Shown here: piece by piece, positions 29,703 through 39,907 of the stretch
Layout: every line of letters begins with the position of its first letter
Numbering within the stretch: the stretch's first letter is position 1
Source of the DNA: a virus
Lineage: Duplodnaviria > Caudoviricetes
Virus record (IMG/VR): IMGVR_UViG_3300033177_000258
DNA length: 64,000 nt
Reading direction: 5' to 3' (one strand)
Position numbers and translations under genes: made by a program
Notes under the pieces: model-generated
The model's input: the letters and a program-made list of their open reading frames with translations, nothing else
What the model was told of the DNA's origin: nothing
Database searches by the model: none

Positions 29703-31913
29703 TTAGGCCGGCAGTTCGCCCCTGCTTCGCATCATGGCATAGGCCATGTCCATTTCGGCTTTGACGGCCTCGTCGTCCGAGCGGTAGGTCCGGTTCTCCC
29801 AGGTCCGCGAGTCGGACAGCTCCAGGAACTTCTTGAAGTCCTCGAAGTACGACCCGTAGATGTGGAAGCTGTCGGCATGGTGGGTGTACTGGCCCACGCC
29901 GATTTCGCGGCCGAGACGGTTGGACAACTCGCCGGCCATCCACTTCTGGAACTCGATGAAGGCGTAGGCGTTCATGAAGCCGGCCTTGAACGCGTCGTTG
30001 CTGCGGATATGCACGTTCATGAGGAGCTTGTCCTCGAAAACGCGGAACCACATGCGCTGCAGGCACGGGCAGTGGCCGTAGGTCGTGTCGAACCACGGTT
30101 GCCAGGTAATCATCTGGGCCCGGCGCGTGTGTGGCGCTTCCACGAGCTTGTTCAGCGCGTACTCGACCTGGTTGACCTTGCTGCCATCTGGCATGGGGTA
30201 GTCGAATAAGCGCTGATGGTAGCTGTTATGACACACAATGCCACCACCAATGAAGTTGTGGTCCTTGTGGTCAACGGCAATGTCATAGAGTACAGGCTCT
30301 CGACATGCAGTGATTTCTATGACGGGCCTAAACAGCACCTTCCACATTCTCCTTCTTTCGGCCTCCCACTCCCCCCACGGTATGTCTGCACCCTGCTCCA
30401 CATACGCGGTGTAGATGTCGGCGCGCTCCATCTTCGTCTGGCAGGCCGTGAACGGTAGCTCGGTAAGCCAACTATCTACACCACCGGCGCTAAGTACCTT
30501 TATCACGTGCGAGACAGATGCGCAGTCTTCCAGCCAGCTCCCCTCGGTGATGTCACGCACCCCGCACTGCTCCATGAGGTCCTTCATCTGGCTCATGAAG
30601 ATGGCGAGGTTGTTTTCGAGTTCTGCGCGCTTCGACTGCCGGAACTCAATTCGTGCGCCGGCACCAGAGCGTTCTGCGGCTTTCCATGGCGCACTGGCTT
30701 CGGCGTCAACGAAGCCGAGTAGGAACGCTCGCTTGGCTTCAATGGGGGCGTCAGTCAGCCATTCGGGAACTTCGTACTCCACGGTTGATTTGTCGCCCAC
30801 CGGAGCCCCGAGGGCCCTAAATAGGACCCAGAGAGCACTGTGGCAACACACCATGGATGGCGACGCACCGGCGACATCGCTCCCCCTAAGATTCGCTTTC
30901 TGTTGAATGATGCGAGTCTCACCACAACTGAAACCCAGAGTTCTGAGCGCTCGCCTGATAGTCTCAAGCGTGGACACGTCTCCGCTGAAACCCACCTTGC
31001 CCGAAAGGAATTGGCTCGTCGACTTCTTCTTTGGCGTTTCCAACCAGCCATCTCCAAAGAGATACCCCAACAGCCAGCACACGAGCGCCCCTTTGTGGTC
31101 GCTGAGACGCAGGGGGAGAAGACCCTGCGCCGATAGTTCTCCGGTGGTTCTATCGGTGTTGAAGCCTTCTAGCTTCTCAATCTCGTCGCGTACCCATTGT
31201 AGAGAGTGCCCAATCGGAGCTGTTGGTGGGGAAAGCTCCACGCCGTCTACCCAAGAAACAGCCACTTCGTCCCCCAGGCTCAGGTCACCAGCTTTCACCC
31301 ATCCTCGCTCCCGTGTGAGCAGAGGGTGTGTCAAAGACGCGACCAGTCTTTCGCTCTTCCCCCCAATGCGGAGCGACACTGCTTCCACATCCCGAGATTC
31401 CACGACCTGCTTGATGGCCCCTGTCTCGTACTTGTTGCCAGCAGGGTTGAAGACCACCACGTTGTCCCCTACAGCACAGTCCCGAATTGGCTTCTGCTTG
31501 CCATCCGACATCAATACGGGCGTCTCAGGGCCCACGCAGTACCACCACTTCTGCGGGTCGTCCAGGTCAATCCACGAGTCATGGATGCCGGCCACAACCT
31601 CCTCGACGTAGGTTACCAACTCGGTGATGCCGCCAGGGATGCCGCGATGGATGCGTGGCTCGCTCAGCGGGTCGAAGACGGTCAGGGTGGCCATGACATC
31701 ACGGCTGTTGGGGTCGGCAGGGGCGTCGTACTCAGTGGGCTGAGGGGCCCCGCCCAACCAAGCCGCCCGCACGGCCTTCTCCCAGACACTGGGAAGGTTC
31801 TGGCCGTAGGCGTGTATGGTAGGGAAGCCGGTAGTCTCAATGAGACAGTAGGCGGAGGTTGCGTCTTGGGGGATGGCGATGCCGCGTGCGTCGCTGAGAT
31901 GTAGTGCGTACAT
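29703..31913 (-). CDS. thyA: thymidylate synthase-family protein (archaeal-like ThyA) containing an intein
   Basis: TRRAQMITWQP, HCPCLQ, IRSNDAFKAGFMN, DSFHIY. Confidence 0.85.
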   Translation of the reverse strand: MYALHLSDARGIAIPQDATSAYCLIETTGFPTIHAYGQNLPSVWEKAVRAAWLGGAPQPTEYDAPADPNSRDVMATLTVFDPLSEPRIHRGIPGGITELVTYVEEVVAGIHDSWIDLDDPQKWWYCVGPETPVLMSDGKQKPIRDCAVGDNVVVFNPAGNKYETGAIKQVVESRDVEAVSLRIGGKSERLVASLTHPLLTRERGWVKAGDLSLGDEVAVSWVDGVELSPPTAPIGHSLQWVRDEIEKLEGFNTDRTTGELSAQGLLPLRLSDHKGALVCWLLGYLFGDGWLETPKKKSTSQFLSGKVGFSGDVSTLETIRRALRTLGFSCGETRIIQQKANLRGSDVAGASPSMVCCHSALWVLFRALGAPVGDKSTVEYEVPEWLTDAPIEAKRAFLLGFVDAEASAPWKAAERSGAGARIEFRQSKRAELENNLAIFMSQMKDLMEQCGVRDITEGSWLEDCASVSHVIKVLSAGGVDSWLTELPFTACQTKMERADIYTAYVEQGADIPWGEWEAERRRMWKVLFRPVIEITACREPVLYDIAVDHKDHNFIGGGIVCHNSYHQRLFDYPMPDGSKVNQVEYALNKLVEAPHTRRAQMITWQPWFDTTYGHCPCLQRMWFRVFEDKLLMNVHIRSNDAFKAGFMNAYAFIEFQKWMAGELSNRLGREIGVGQYTHHADSFHIYGSYFEDFKKFLELSDSRTWENRTYRSDDEAVKAEMDMAYAMMRSRGELPA
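30225..31538 (-). mobile_element. intein (438 aa) with LAGLIDADG homing endonuclease
   Basis: Y|CVGPETPV..IVCHN|S; LLGYLFGDG and FLLGFVDAEA; lower GC. Confidence 0.92.
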
Positions 31914-31924
31914 GTTGGTTCCTT

Positions 31925-32137
31925 TCAGTTGCCTGTTGCTTTGGTCATGCCGGCCGGGGTAACCGGCTCTCCGCCTTCTTCAGCGCGCCGCTGCCGCAGT
32001 TCGCTGGGCGGGACCCCATACACCTTCGCCATTGGTGAGACCATGGCGCCACACTTTGGGCAAGGGTTCTCACCCAGTGGGCACGTGGAAGCGCAATTGT
32101 GGCAGATGGTGTACGGCCCCTCAGTTGGTTGGCTCAT
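31925..32137 (-). CDS. small Zn-ribbon protein
   Basis: CHNC..CPKCG. Confidence 0.65.
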   Translation of the reverse strand: MSQPTEGPYTICHNCASTCPLGENPCPKCGAMVSPMAKVYGVPPSELRQRRAEEGGEPVTPAGMTKATGN

Positions 32138-32649
32138 TACTGTTGCTCTCCAGCCGGCTCTTCTGGGTTCTCTGAGCCGACACTGATGTCCAGGCTACTC
32201 TCCTGGGCGTCGTTCCCCTTCCATGCTACTGTGATGACCTGTGTCTCGGTGGGGGTAGTGACGCCCAGGAAGAGCTGCTCTGGGGCGCGTTTGGCTACGC
32301 ATGCGGCGGCGAGCAGCCACCTCGCGTCTTGGATGTAGTGGGTGTTTTGCTCGCCATAGGTTATCCGAACCTCGCGGGGCGGCAGGTAGCTCGAACCCAT
32401 GGCGCCCATCAGGCGCAGGTTACAAGCCATGAACTGCTCCCACGAGAGGAAATTGGCTGTCAGTGAGAGGATGGCTGAGCCGTCAGATGGGTTGGCCACC
32501 CCGTCATCGCAGGGGATGTGGAGAGCCCGAAGCAGGGCGCCCATCGCTGCGAGAACGGAGCTCGCTTGAGACATCGCGGGAAGGTTCACCTGCGGGATGC
32601 GCAGGGAATACTCCGCGACTGCTTTGGGCTCCAGTTCATAGGTGGCCAT
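32137..32649 (-). CDS. hypothetical protein
   Basis: GAGG RBS, coupled to next gene. Confidence 0.7.
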   Translation of the reverse strand: MATYELEPKAVAEYSLRIPQVNLPAMSQASSVLAAMGALLRALHIPCDDGVANPSDGSAILSLTANFLSWEQFMACNLRLMGAMGSSYLPPREVRITYGEQNTHYIQDARWLLAAACVAKRAPEQLFLGVTTPTETQVITVAWKGNDAQESSLDISVGSENPEEPAGEQQ

Positions 32650-32683
32650 TGTCTATTTCCTCTCAGGTCTTGCGCGGCGCCCG

Positions 32684-33277
32684 CTAGAAGTTGATGAGGG
32701 CCTGCCGCAGGTAGAACTCGAAGCCGATGTCGCCGCCGTCGCCGCCTTCACGCAGTACGCAGGCGCCAGCGCGCAGTCCATAGTCCTTCTGGTCGAGCCG
32801 GCTCAGGCTCACGTCGAGGCCGATGTTGAAGCCGATGTTGAAGCCGGGCTTATCCGTATCTACGCCGATAAAGGTAACGAACAGCGCGCGGTTGCCCAGG
32901 ATGGGCCAGGAGTTCGGAAACGCGCCGAGCTTACGCGACAGGTTGACGCCGCTGTTGCCGAGCAGTTCGCCAGTGAATAGACCAGTCACGATGCCGGTCT
33001 CGAAGCCAGGTAGGTTGTCGAACGCGACATTCGCGATGGCGCGGTCAACCTTGTCTGAGTAGTCCTGCGCATCGGACAGCGGTACTGCCGGCAGCGTGTC
33101 TGCCGCCAACGGCTTGAACGTGTGTGTATCCGGGGCAAAGTCAGTGGCCGGCGACGGGGGAGCGGGGAGAACCACGGTGGGCTCATCGGCCGCGTAGGCG
33201 GTGCCGGCGAGGGTGGTGGTTACGACGAGCGTCATGAGCAGCACTAGCAGCAGCATGACAGGGAGCGTCTTGTACAT
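32684..33277 (-). CDS. secreted or outer-membrane-like hypothetical protein
   Basis: Signal peptide MYKTLPVMLLLVLL..AYA; beta-rich C-term ending in F. Confidence 0.7.
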   Translation of the reverse strand: MYKTLPVMLLLVLLMTLVVTTTLAGTAYAADEPTVVLPAPPSPATDFAPDTHTFKPLAADTLPAVPLSDAQDYSDKVDRAIANVAFDNLPGFETGIVTGLFTGELLGNSGVNLSRKLGAFPNSWPILGNRALFVTFIGVDTDKPGFNIGFNIGLDVSLSRLDQKDYGLRAGACVLREGGDGGDIGFEFYLRQALINF

Positions 33278-33322
33278 TGGGAGTCTCCAGGGTATCGTAG
33301 TCGCGTAGCCTCGCGCTGTGGG

Positions 33323-33351
33323 ATAATATCTGCTCGTTAGCTTCTTGTCAA
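33323..33351 (-). promoter_or_regulatory. sigma70-type promoter
   Basis: Minus strand TTGACA-N17-TATTAT. Confidence 0.75.
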
Positions 33352-33421
33352 GAACCATTGCAAAAAGATTGGAGAAGACCGAGCAGATATACCCAGTGGC
33401 TACTCAGGTAGGTGTATTCGC

Positions 33422-36400
33422 ATGGCACAACTGCATTGGGGTCGTAACGGTACGACGTGGCACATCCGCGAACAAGGCGAGGAGCTCATGCTTCTGGCCA
33501 TCACGACGTTGGGTCGCGAACAAATGCTGAAGCACATCACGTGGGACCCTGGCGTCCCGGTGCTTCGGCTACTTGTGTGTGACGCCAGTGGTGAGCTGGT
33601 AGACGCCGAAGACTGGGACCGGGCCGTCCACGGCTACGACTGTCACCAGACGGTGCCAAGCGGCAGCCGCGCTCTCTTCGCTTTGGTTGTGCCTAAGTTT
33701 GTGCCCAACGCTGACTCCATCGTGGCTTCTGTCGAACTGTCCCCGGCCCGCTCGACCGCCGTCAACAAGTCTGGCGGCTCTTCCTCCTTCCCGTACAAGT
33801 TCGATGTCGTGGAAGGCGAGCGCACCAGCCGGGGCGTCTCTATCGCCAACTCCCCCAATGCGAAGATGAGTATTCTGGTGTCGGGGTTCAAGCCCGGCGA
33901 GCGCATCGCGTCTGTCCGAGCCGATGTCTCTGGTGGAAAGTTGGAAGGCGTGTGGGCCAACCTCGGTGGCGATAGCACCTTCTACAAGGCCGGCCGCAGC
34001 AATAGCGCAGATACTCAGGGCGCCGTCGTGGACAGCATCCAAGTGGATGTGCGCGGCACGAGAGGTCAGCGCGCGCACGTGGAGCGCCTCGAAATCGTCT
34101 GGGGGGAAGAAGAGCAGGCGGAGGCCGCGCCCGCGCCCAAGCGACGAGTGAAACCACTCACCCCCAGCAGCTATGCGCCGACGACCGGCGCTCCTGCCGT
34201 GAGCGTCATCATCCCCGCGTACAACCGTGCCCACTGCATCTTCGCCACCATTGCCTCAGTCTTTGCCCAGACCTACCAGGACTTTGAGGTGATTGTGGTT
34301 GACGACGCAAGCTCCGACAACACCTGGGGCGAGACATTCTGGTTCCGCGAGAACTTCCCTGGCCGGCTACGCTTCATCAAGCTCAGCCACAACCAGGGGG
34401 AGTCTTTCGCGCGCAACGTAGCTTTCGAGAAGTCGCGGGGCCGCTACATCGCCTGCATAGACAGCGATGACCAGTGGGAGCCGACGTACTTGGAGAAGAT
34501 GGTTGCCGCCCTGGAAGGCCGCAATGCCGACCTAGTGTGGAGCTTCGTGTCGTTCTTCACCGTGACTGATGATGGCACCCTGAAGCCCGAGCAGTACGGG
34601 TGGATTAACATACCCGACCAGATTCGCAACCCGAACCACAACCGCATCTGGATAGGGCCGCAGCACTGCATCTACCGGCGCCAGTGGTTTCTGGGGTACG
34701 ACGAAGATGTTGACAAAGGCGAAGATGCCGAGATGTACGAGCGCATGCTGGCCAAGGGCGCCCGCTTCGTCTGCCTGCCGGAGAACCTCGTGCGTATCAT
34801 CCATCACCGGGATAGCCAGAACCGCAGCGGTGAGTGGACCAAGGAAGACCGCTGGCGCCTACGCCTGGCCACAAGGCCGCAGACCGTAGCGGCGGAGTAC
34901 CCCGCGCGCGCATCCATGGTCTCTCTCACGATGCTGGCCTGGAATCGCCTGCACTTCGTACCGGGCACACTGGACAACCTACGCAGCACCATCAACCAGA
35001 ACGAGACGCCCTATGAGCTCATCATCATTGACAACGGCAGCAGCGACGGAACAACACAGTGGCTGGACGACCGCTACGAAGAGCTAGTGCTGGACGGGCA
35101 CAAAATCATCTTCAACGGCTGGAACGCCGGCATCCCTAACGCCCTGAACCAGGGTTTGCTGCTGAAAGAAGGCGACGTGTTCCTACACGCTGCTTCCGAC
35201 ATCCACATGGAGGATGGTTGGCTGAGCCGCCTTCTTGGCTCCTACAACAGGTACCCTAACCTGGCCGTCTCGGGCGTCACTTACGATGGCATCCCCAACG
35301 ACATTCTGCGTCGCGACCCGGACTACCCCGGCCTGCTGTTCCCGCCCGACGATGCTGCCATAGGGCCCGCGTTCTCATTCCCGAACGACATCTTCCGCAG
35401 GGTGGGCTACTTCAATGTTGAGCTCGGGAAGTACGGCCGAGAAGACACGCTCTACTGCCGGCGCGCCAGGGCGGCAGGCTACAAGGTTGCCTACGTTGAC
35501 GGCACTCGATGCGTGCACGCTGGGGAGCACCTCTCACCCAAGGGCAAGACCGCCGAGTCTGAGTACAAACGGCGTATGTTGGAAGTCAGCAAAGCCTACA
35601 CCCTGCACTACACGGACGTACTCAAGACCCGCGAGGAGAGCTACATCCAGCGCCCGGTCAACCCACTCTTCTCGCTCTCTCCGGGGGCGACCATGGCGTT
35701 CAGCAACCAGCGCATACTGCCCTCCCAGGTGGCGCTCTGCTTCACGTTGCGCAGTTCCAACCTGGATATGGTCAAGCGCGCGGTGGACACTTGTGTCTCC
35801 AACACTCACCTGCCGGTCGAGATAGTCTTCGTCTGCAACAACGCGCCCAGCAAAGTCGTGGAGTGGGCGCTCTTGACCAGGCGCGCCCTGCTGGAGCGTA
35901 ACACCCTGGCGCACGTCATCAACTTCCGGGGCAACTGGGGCATCGCCAAGAGCTACAATGCGGCGCTGGCCTGCACATGGGCCCCGTTCCTGGCCACTCT
36001 CAATGACGACATCATTGCGTCAGAGGGCTGGTTGGAGCGCCTGCTTGAGATTGCCGCTTTGCCGCATGTGGGGTACGTCTGCTCCAACACCTCCCAGCAC
36101 CGGGCGTACCTGAGCGGGGACTACTCAATCAGACGACCTGAAGACATCCCCTTGGGGAGCGAGACATCCGCCCCCGTGGACCCCAACAGGTTCGTTGGTT
36201 TCGCCTCGGTAGTCCAGCGCAACAAGCTCTGCGACGTGGGCCCGTTCGACACAAGCACATTCGTCTACCACGGCGAGACCGAGTTGGCCGCTCGCCTGGG
36301 GGAGGCGGGCTATGCCCCGTACCAAAAGCTCAACAGCCGCGTGCTGCATCTTCGAGCCGGCAGCACCCAGTATGCCGAAAGGAGCCTGAGACACCTTGCA

Positions 36401-36439
36401 GACCAATACCTGCCCGAAAGCCTGCGCCGCTTGCGATAG
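33422..36439 (+). CDS. multi-domain glycosyltransferase with three GT2 (GT-A) domains
   Basis: VSVIIPAYN..VVDDASSD..IDSDD; ELIIIDNGSSDGT..EDTLYCRR; IVFVCNN..LNDDI. Confidence 0.9.
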   Translation: MAQLHWGRNGTTWHIREQGEELMLLAITTLGREQMLKHITWDPGVPVLRLLVCDASGELVDAEDWDRAVHGYDCHQTVPSGSRALFALVVPKFVPNADSIVASVELSPARSTAVNKSGGSSSFPYKFDVVEGERTSRGVSIANSPNAKMSILVSGFKPGERIASVRADVSGGKLEGVWANLGGDSTFYKAGRSNSADTQGAVVDSIQVDVRGTRGQRAHVERLEIVWGEEEQAEAAPAPKRRVKPLTPSSYAPTTGAPAVSVIIPAYNRAHCIFATIASVFAQTYQDFEVIVVDDASSDNTWGETFWFRENFPGRLRFIKLSHNQGESFARNVAFEKSRGRYIACIDSDDQWEPTYLEKMVAALEGRNADLVWSFVSFFTVTDDGTLKPEQYGWINIPDQIRNPNHNRIWIGPQHCIYRRQWFLGYDEDVDKGEDAEMYERMLAKGARFVCLPENLVRIIHHRDSQNRSGEWTKEDRWRLRLATRPQTVAAEYPARASMVSLTMLAWNRLHFVPGTLDNLRSTINQNETPYELIIIDNGSSDGTTQWLDDRYEELVLDGHKIIFNGWNAGIPNALNQGLLLKEGDVFLHAASDIHMEDGWLSRLLGSYNRYPNLAVSGVTYDGIPNDILRRDPDYPGLLFPPDDAAIGPAFSFPNDIFRRVGYFNVELGKYGREDTLYCRRARAAGYKVAYVDGTRCVHAGEHLSPKGKTAESEYKRRMLEVSKAYTLHYTDVLKTREESYIQRPVNPLFSLSPGATMAFSNQRILPSQVALCFTLRSSNLDMVKRAVDTCVSNTHLPVEIVFVCNNAPSKVVEWALLTRRALLERNTLAHVINFRGNWGIAKSYNAALACTWAPFLATLNDDIIASEGWLERLLEIAALPHVGYVCSNTSQHRAYLSGDYSIRRPEDIPLGSETSAPVDPNRFVGFASVVQRNKLCDVGPFDTSTFVYHGETELAARLGEAGYAPYQKLNSRVLHLRAGSTQYAERSLRHLADQYLPESLRRLR

Positions 36440-37400
36440 ACCCTGGCGCTTCCTGTATCTGACGGAAGACTGCGCCTACAACTGTCCCATCATGGGCGCG
36501 GTGGCCGCGCAGCCGTTCCGCGTGCGCGGGAAGAGCTGGGACTATTTCTCCACAACCACAAGCCTGCTGCATGCGGGTGAACTGATGGCGTTTCGGCAGG
36601 GCATGCTGGAGCGCGGTCCGGCCATCTGCGGCGACCGCAACTGCTCGCCAAATGACATGGCGCCCATCGAGCTCGGGCGTGTCGAAGCGCGCGGGTATCT
36701 GGACCGACACGACGGCAAGTACGAGTTGGATACCATGGCGCTCAGCCTGACGGACTACTGCAAAGGAGGCTGCCGCATCTGCTTCCAGCGCTGTGACGTG
36801 AAGGATGTCATTTCGGTGCCGCAGTTCGTGCTTGACGACCTCGCCGCCAACCTGCGGGTGCGCAAAGTCTTCCTGATGGGGGGAGAAGTTTTCCATCTTC
36901 CTCAGGAGCAGGTGGAGCGCGCGCTGGACTGGGCCACGACACTGGGCGGCAGCATTGGGGTGACGACGGCCGGCGACGGGGTGCTGGGCCAGTTCCTGAG
37001 CAGATACCAATGGGGAGAGTTGAGGTTCAGCATGGATGCGGCCTCGCGCTCTCTGCACAAGTTCCTGCGGCCCGGCATCAACTATGACCTCCTGTGGGAG
37101 AACCTGACGGAAGCGGCGCGGCTGTACAGCAGTCGAGTGGTGGTACTGGTGACCGCATCTGCCCACAATGCCCCCGAGCTTCCCGACCTGGTAGACAAAC
37201 TGGCGTCCATAGTCAGTCGTATCCGCATCAACATGTCGTTCAAGGGCGGCCGGGCCAGCGAAGACTCTCTACTCGATTCTCGCCCCGACCTCCTCGCTGA
37301 ACTAGCCTACACGCTGCCGCCGCGCATCCACGCTGCCGAGCAGCAAGGAGTACGCATTGAATGGCCTCGCCTGCAGACAATGCTTTCGGACCTGACGTGA
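36396..37400 (+). CDS. radical SAM-like protein
   Basis: CKGGCRIC (CxxxCxxC), LMGGE, FSMDAAS; start uncertain. Confidence 0.75.
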   Translation: MQTNTCPKACAACDRPWRFLYLTEDCAYNCPIMGAVAAQPFRVRGKSWDYFSTTTSLLHAGELMAFRQGMLERGPAICGDRNCSPNDMAPIELGRVEARGYLDRHDGKYELDTMALSLTDYCKGGCRICFQRCDVKDVISVPQFVLDDLAANLRVRKVFLMGGEVFHLPQEQVERALDWATTLGGSIGVTTAGDGVLGQFLSRYQWGELRFSMDAASRSLHKFLRPGINYDLLWENLTEAARLYSSRVVVLVTASAHNAPELPDLVDKLASIVSRIRINMSFKGGRASEDSLLDSRPDLLAELAYTLPPRIHAAEQQGVRIEWPRLQTMLSDLT

Positions 37401-37954
37401 AGATTCACCCGACCGCAGAAGTAGAACCCGGCGCGCATGTTGGAGAAGGCACCACAATCTGGGGCTGGACGCACGTGCGCAGCGGAGGCAGTATCGGAAA
37501 GCATTGCATGATTGCAGAGCGCTGCTTCATAGACACTGGGGCCATCATCGAGGACTGCTGCCGCATCCAGAACGGGGTCTCGGTCTACAACGGGGTGTGG
37601 CTGAAGCACCATGTCTTCGTAGGGCCCGAAGTCACCTTTACGAACGACATGTTCTCGGCCCCCTGGCCGGAAGGTGAGGAGCACCCGCCCTGGTCTTTCG
37701 GCTGCACCACCGTGGGCCCCTACACCCGTATCGGCGCCAACTGCACCATCCTGGCCAACATCACCATCGGCAGCCACTGCACCATCGGCGCCGGAGCCAT
37801 CGTGCTTGCGGATGTGCCCGACAACACGACTGTGGTGGGGACCTGGAAGGGGAAGTACCATTGGCTGCGCAAGCTGCTGCGATTCCTGTGGCCGCGACGG
37901 CGCAAACAGGCGCACGATGTCATTGTACCTTTGTCGGTAAGGAATGTTGACTGA
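37397..37954 (+). CDS. hexapeptide-repeat acetyltransferase (sugar N/O-acetyltransferase type)
   Basis: IHPTAEVEPGAHVGEGT..FVGPEVTFTND..IGANCTIL..IGAGAIV. Confidence 0.88.
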   Translation: MKIHPTAEVEPGAHVGEGTTIWGWTHVRSGGSIGKHCMIAERCFIDTGAIIEDCCRIQNGVSVYNGVWLKHHVFVGPEVTFTNDMFSAPWPEGEEHPPWSFGCTTVGPYTRIGANCTILANITIGSHCTIGAGAIVLADVPDNTTVVGTWKGKYHWLRKLLRFLWPRRRKQAHDVIVPLSVRNVD

Positions 37955-39057
37955 TGAACTTCAAGGTAGACGAGCACCGGCGCCAGGCTCTGGAGACGAT
38001 AGCAGCCATGGGCCGGCTCGCCGGTTTCACGCGCGATACGGATGACGACCTGCTTGCGGCCATCATGCGTGTGGCTGTTCGCCACGAGATGGTATGCCGC
38101 AACCAAGGCCGGCTCCTCATACTGGATAGCGACGGCACGCCCCGCACTCTTTCGGCGCGGAACCCGGTAAGTTGGGTGCCGCGCGCTCGCGCGAGCGCGG
38201 CGCTGTATCGTCAAGCCCAACAGTGCGAGATACCCGAGGTGGCGCTTCAGCATTTTGGGGTCTGGGCCAACGGCCGCGTCTACCTCTCTCACGGTAACGA
38301 CGAACTACTCTGTTGGGCTCTGGGCAACCGCACCTTCGCGTTGCGCTGTCTGCCCGGCAAGGATGGCGTCTTCGTCTCCCCTTCGTCCTGCCACCACAAG
38401 TGGCTGCAGGACGAGCGCGCCTCTGGCCTGCCGCTGTCCCCCGGCCTGTTTGACGACCAGTCTAGCCTGCTACCAAAACGAGCTGTCGGCCGCTGGACCG
38501 CCACAGTGCAATACCAGGTATGGCGCAGTTGGCTTGCGCTGGCGTTGAGCGGGTTCCCCGGCAAGCTGCCCCCTCTGGTCTTGTGGGCCAACGGGAACGC
38601 CGATGGTGCTCTGCTCTTCAGGTTGACGGCTGCAGTATTGGGCGGAGAGCCGGTCGTAGCCCGCACTGGCTTTGAGGTTCCCATGTCGGAGCGCACCAGC
38701 GTCCGCCTCGTGGGCGACAACATCCGCGTCAGGCTGTCGCGTGTCCCCATGGCTTACTTTCTGGGGGCGCGCCAGCGGGTGCGGCTGCAGGAGCGCTGCA
38801 TCCACCTCTACTGCTCCGACAGCCGGGTGTCCGCGTCCGTCGCGGAGGCCGAGCGCGCGGCCCCGATGGTCAGAGCGGAGCTCCTGCGCGAACTTCTGGC
38901 CGGCACCAAGCGTGTCCATCCGTCGCTTGCCATTGAAGAGTTGTGGCGGGTGTACATGAAGAACTCGCTGCAGCGGTTGGTCCCCGGTTTCACACCGGAC
39001 AAAGCCGAAACCATCATGAAGTGGTTGACCATCTGGTCGCCAGGAGGTGTCGTCTAA
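37954..39057 (+). CDS. hypothetical protein
   Basis: 367-aa ORF coupled to neighbours. Confidence 0.65.
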   Translation: MNFKVDEHRRQALETIAAMGRLAGFTRDTDDDLLAAIMRVAVRHEMVCRNQGRLLILDSDGTPRTLSARNPVSWVPRARASAALYRQAQQCEIPEVALQHFGVWANGRVYLSHGNDELLCWALGNRTFALRCLPGKDGVFVSPSSCHHKWLQDERASGLPLSPGLFDDQSSLLPKRAVGRWTATVQYQVWRSWLALALSGFPGKLPPLVLWANGNADGALLFRLTAAVLGGEPVVARTGFEVPMSERTSVRLVGDNIRVRLSRVPMAYFLGARQRVRLQERCIHLYCSDSRVSASVAEAERAAPMVRAELLRELLAGTKRVHPSLAIEELWRVYMKNSLQRLVPGFTPDKAETIMKWLTIWSPGGVV

Positions 39058-39506
39058 TGAGTTGGTTCGAGATGTGGTGGAGGAAGTTCCTATTCAACTG
39101 CATCGTGCAGGTCATCACCAAGGCCACCGTGGACGAGGCTGACGTGCGGGAGCTCGTGGGCAAGCTGGAGAAGGCGCTGACGGATGCGACGAAGGGCACG
39201 GAGCTGCTCAGCATCCTGGGCGAGGTCTTCACCAAGGGCCTGAAGGTCACCGAAACTGACCTCATCGCCAAGGCGGCGAAGCAGAGCGGCGGGGTGTTGG
39301 CTCCCGTTGTCACGATGGGTCTGTCGGAGCTGGTAGGCAAGGGGAATAGTGAACTCGCCGCCAAGCTCAGCAAAGCCGACTATGCGGCCCTGATGAACTC
39401 TGGCGGCGAGGAGTTGTTGGTCGGGGTGGCGATGGAGAAGAGCGACGAGTTGAAAGCGCTGGTAGTCGAAGCGGTGCGGCGGTTGCTCGACGTGCCGGCG
39501 ACTTAG
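39057..39506 (+). CDS. hypothetical protein
   Basis: AGGAGG RBS; TAATG coupling. Confidence 0.7.
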   Translation: MSWFEMWWRKFLFNCIVQVITKATVDEADVRELVGKLEKALTDATKGTELLSILGEVFTKGLKVTETDLIAKAAKQSGGVLAPVVTMGLSELVGKGNSELAAKLSKADYAALMNSGGEELLVGVAMEKSDELKALVVEAVRRLLDVPAT

Positions 39507-39907
39507 CCGCTCCCGTCCGGGATGAATGGCTCGTCGTACTTGGACTCTTCCCCTGCCAGTATCACCAGCAGTACGTTCGAGCGCAGGCCGTCCACCGTGA
39601 CGGCCTGCAGCTTTATGGTGGAGTTGGCAGGGAAGTACATGGTGTCAATGCGGACCCGGCCGTCACCGACTGAGCCGGCGATGGCGCGGAATGACCCGCC
39701 CGCCGTCATCTTCGGGTCGAACTGGCCGATGAACTCGATGTCGGCCGAAGGCTGGACAACTTCCCGCTCCTTCCAGAGCCGCACGAGCAGCGGGCTCTCA
39801 TACGGCTGGATAAGCATGGTGGCGCCCTTGGTGTCATCGGCTTCGGCACCGACCAGCTCAAAGGCTGGCTCGGCCACTTCCTTGATGATGGGGATTTCGT
39901 CTATCAT
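39503..39907 (-). CDS. hypothetical protein
   Basis: Coding bias, overlaps upstream stop. Confidence 0.7.
   Translation of the reverse strand: MIDEIPIIKEVAEPAFELVGAEADDTKGATMLIQPYESPLLVRLWKEREVVQPSADIEFIGQFDPKMTAGGSFRAIAGSVGDGRVRIDTMYFPANSTIKLQAVTVDGLRSNVLLVILAGEESKYDEPFIPDGSG

Noticed and set aside
32819-32846. 12-bp tandem duplication (FNIGFNIG)
   Set aside because: In-frame, no hairpin; ordinary slippage, not grouped with the hairpin-centred repeats
37954-39057. Primase/helicase assignment
   Set aside because: Only vague resemblance; no intact Walker motifs
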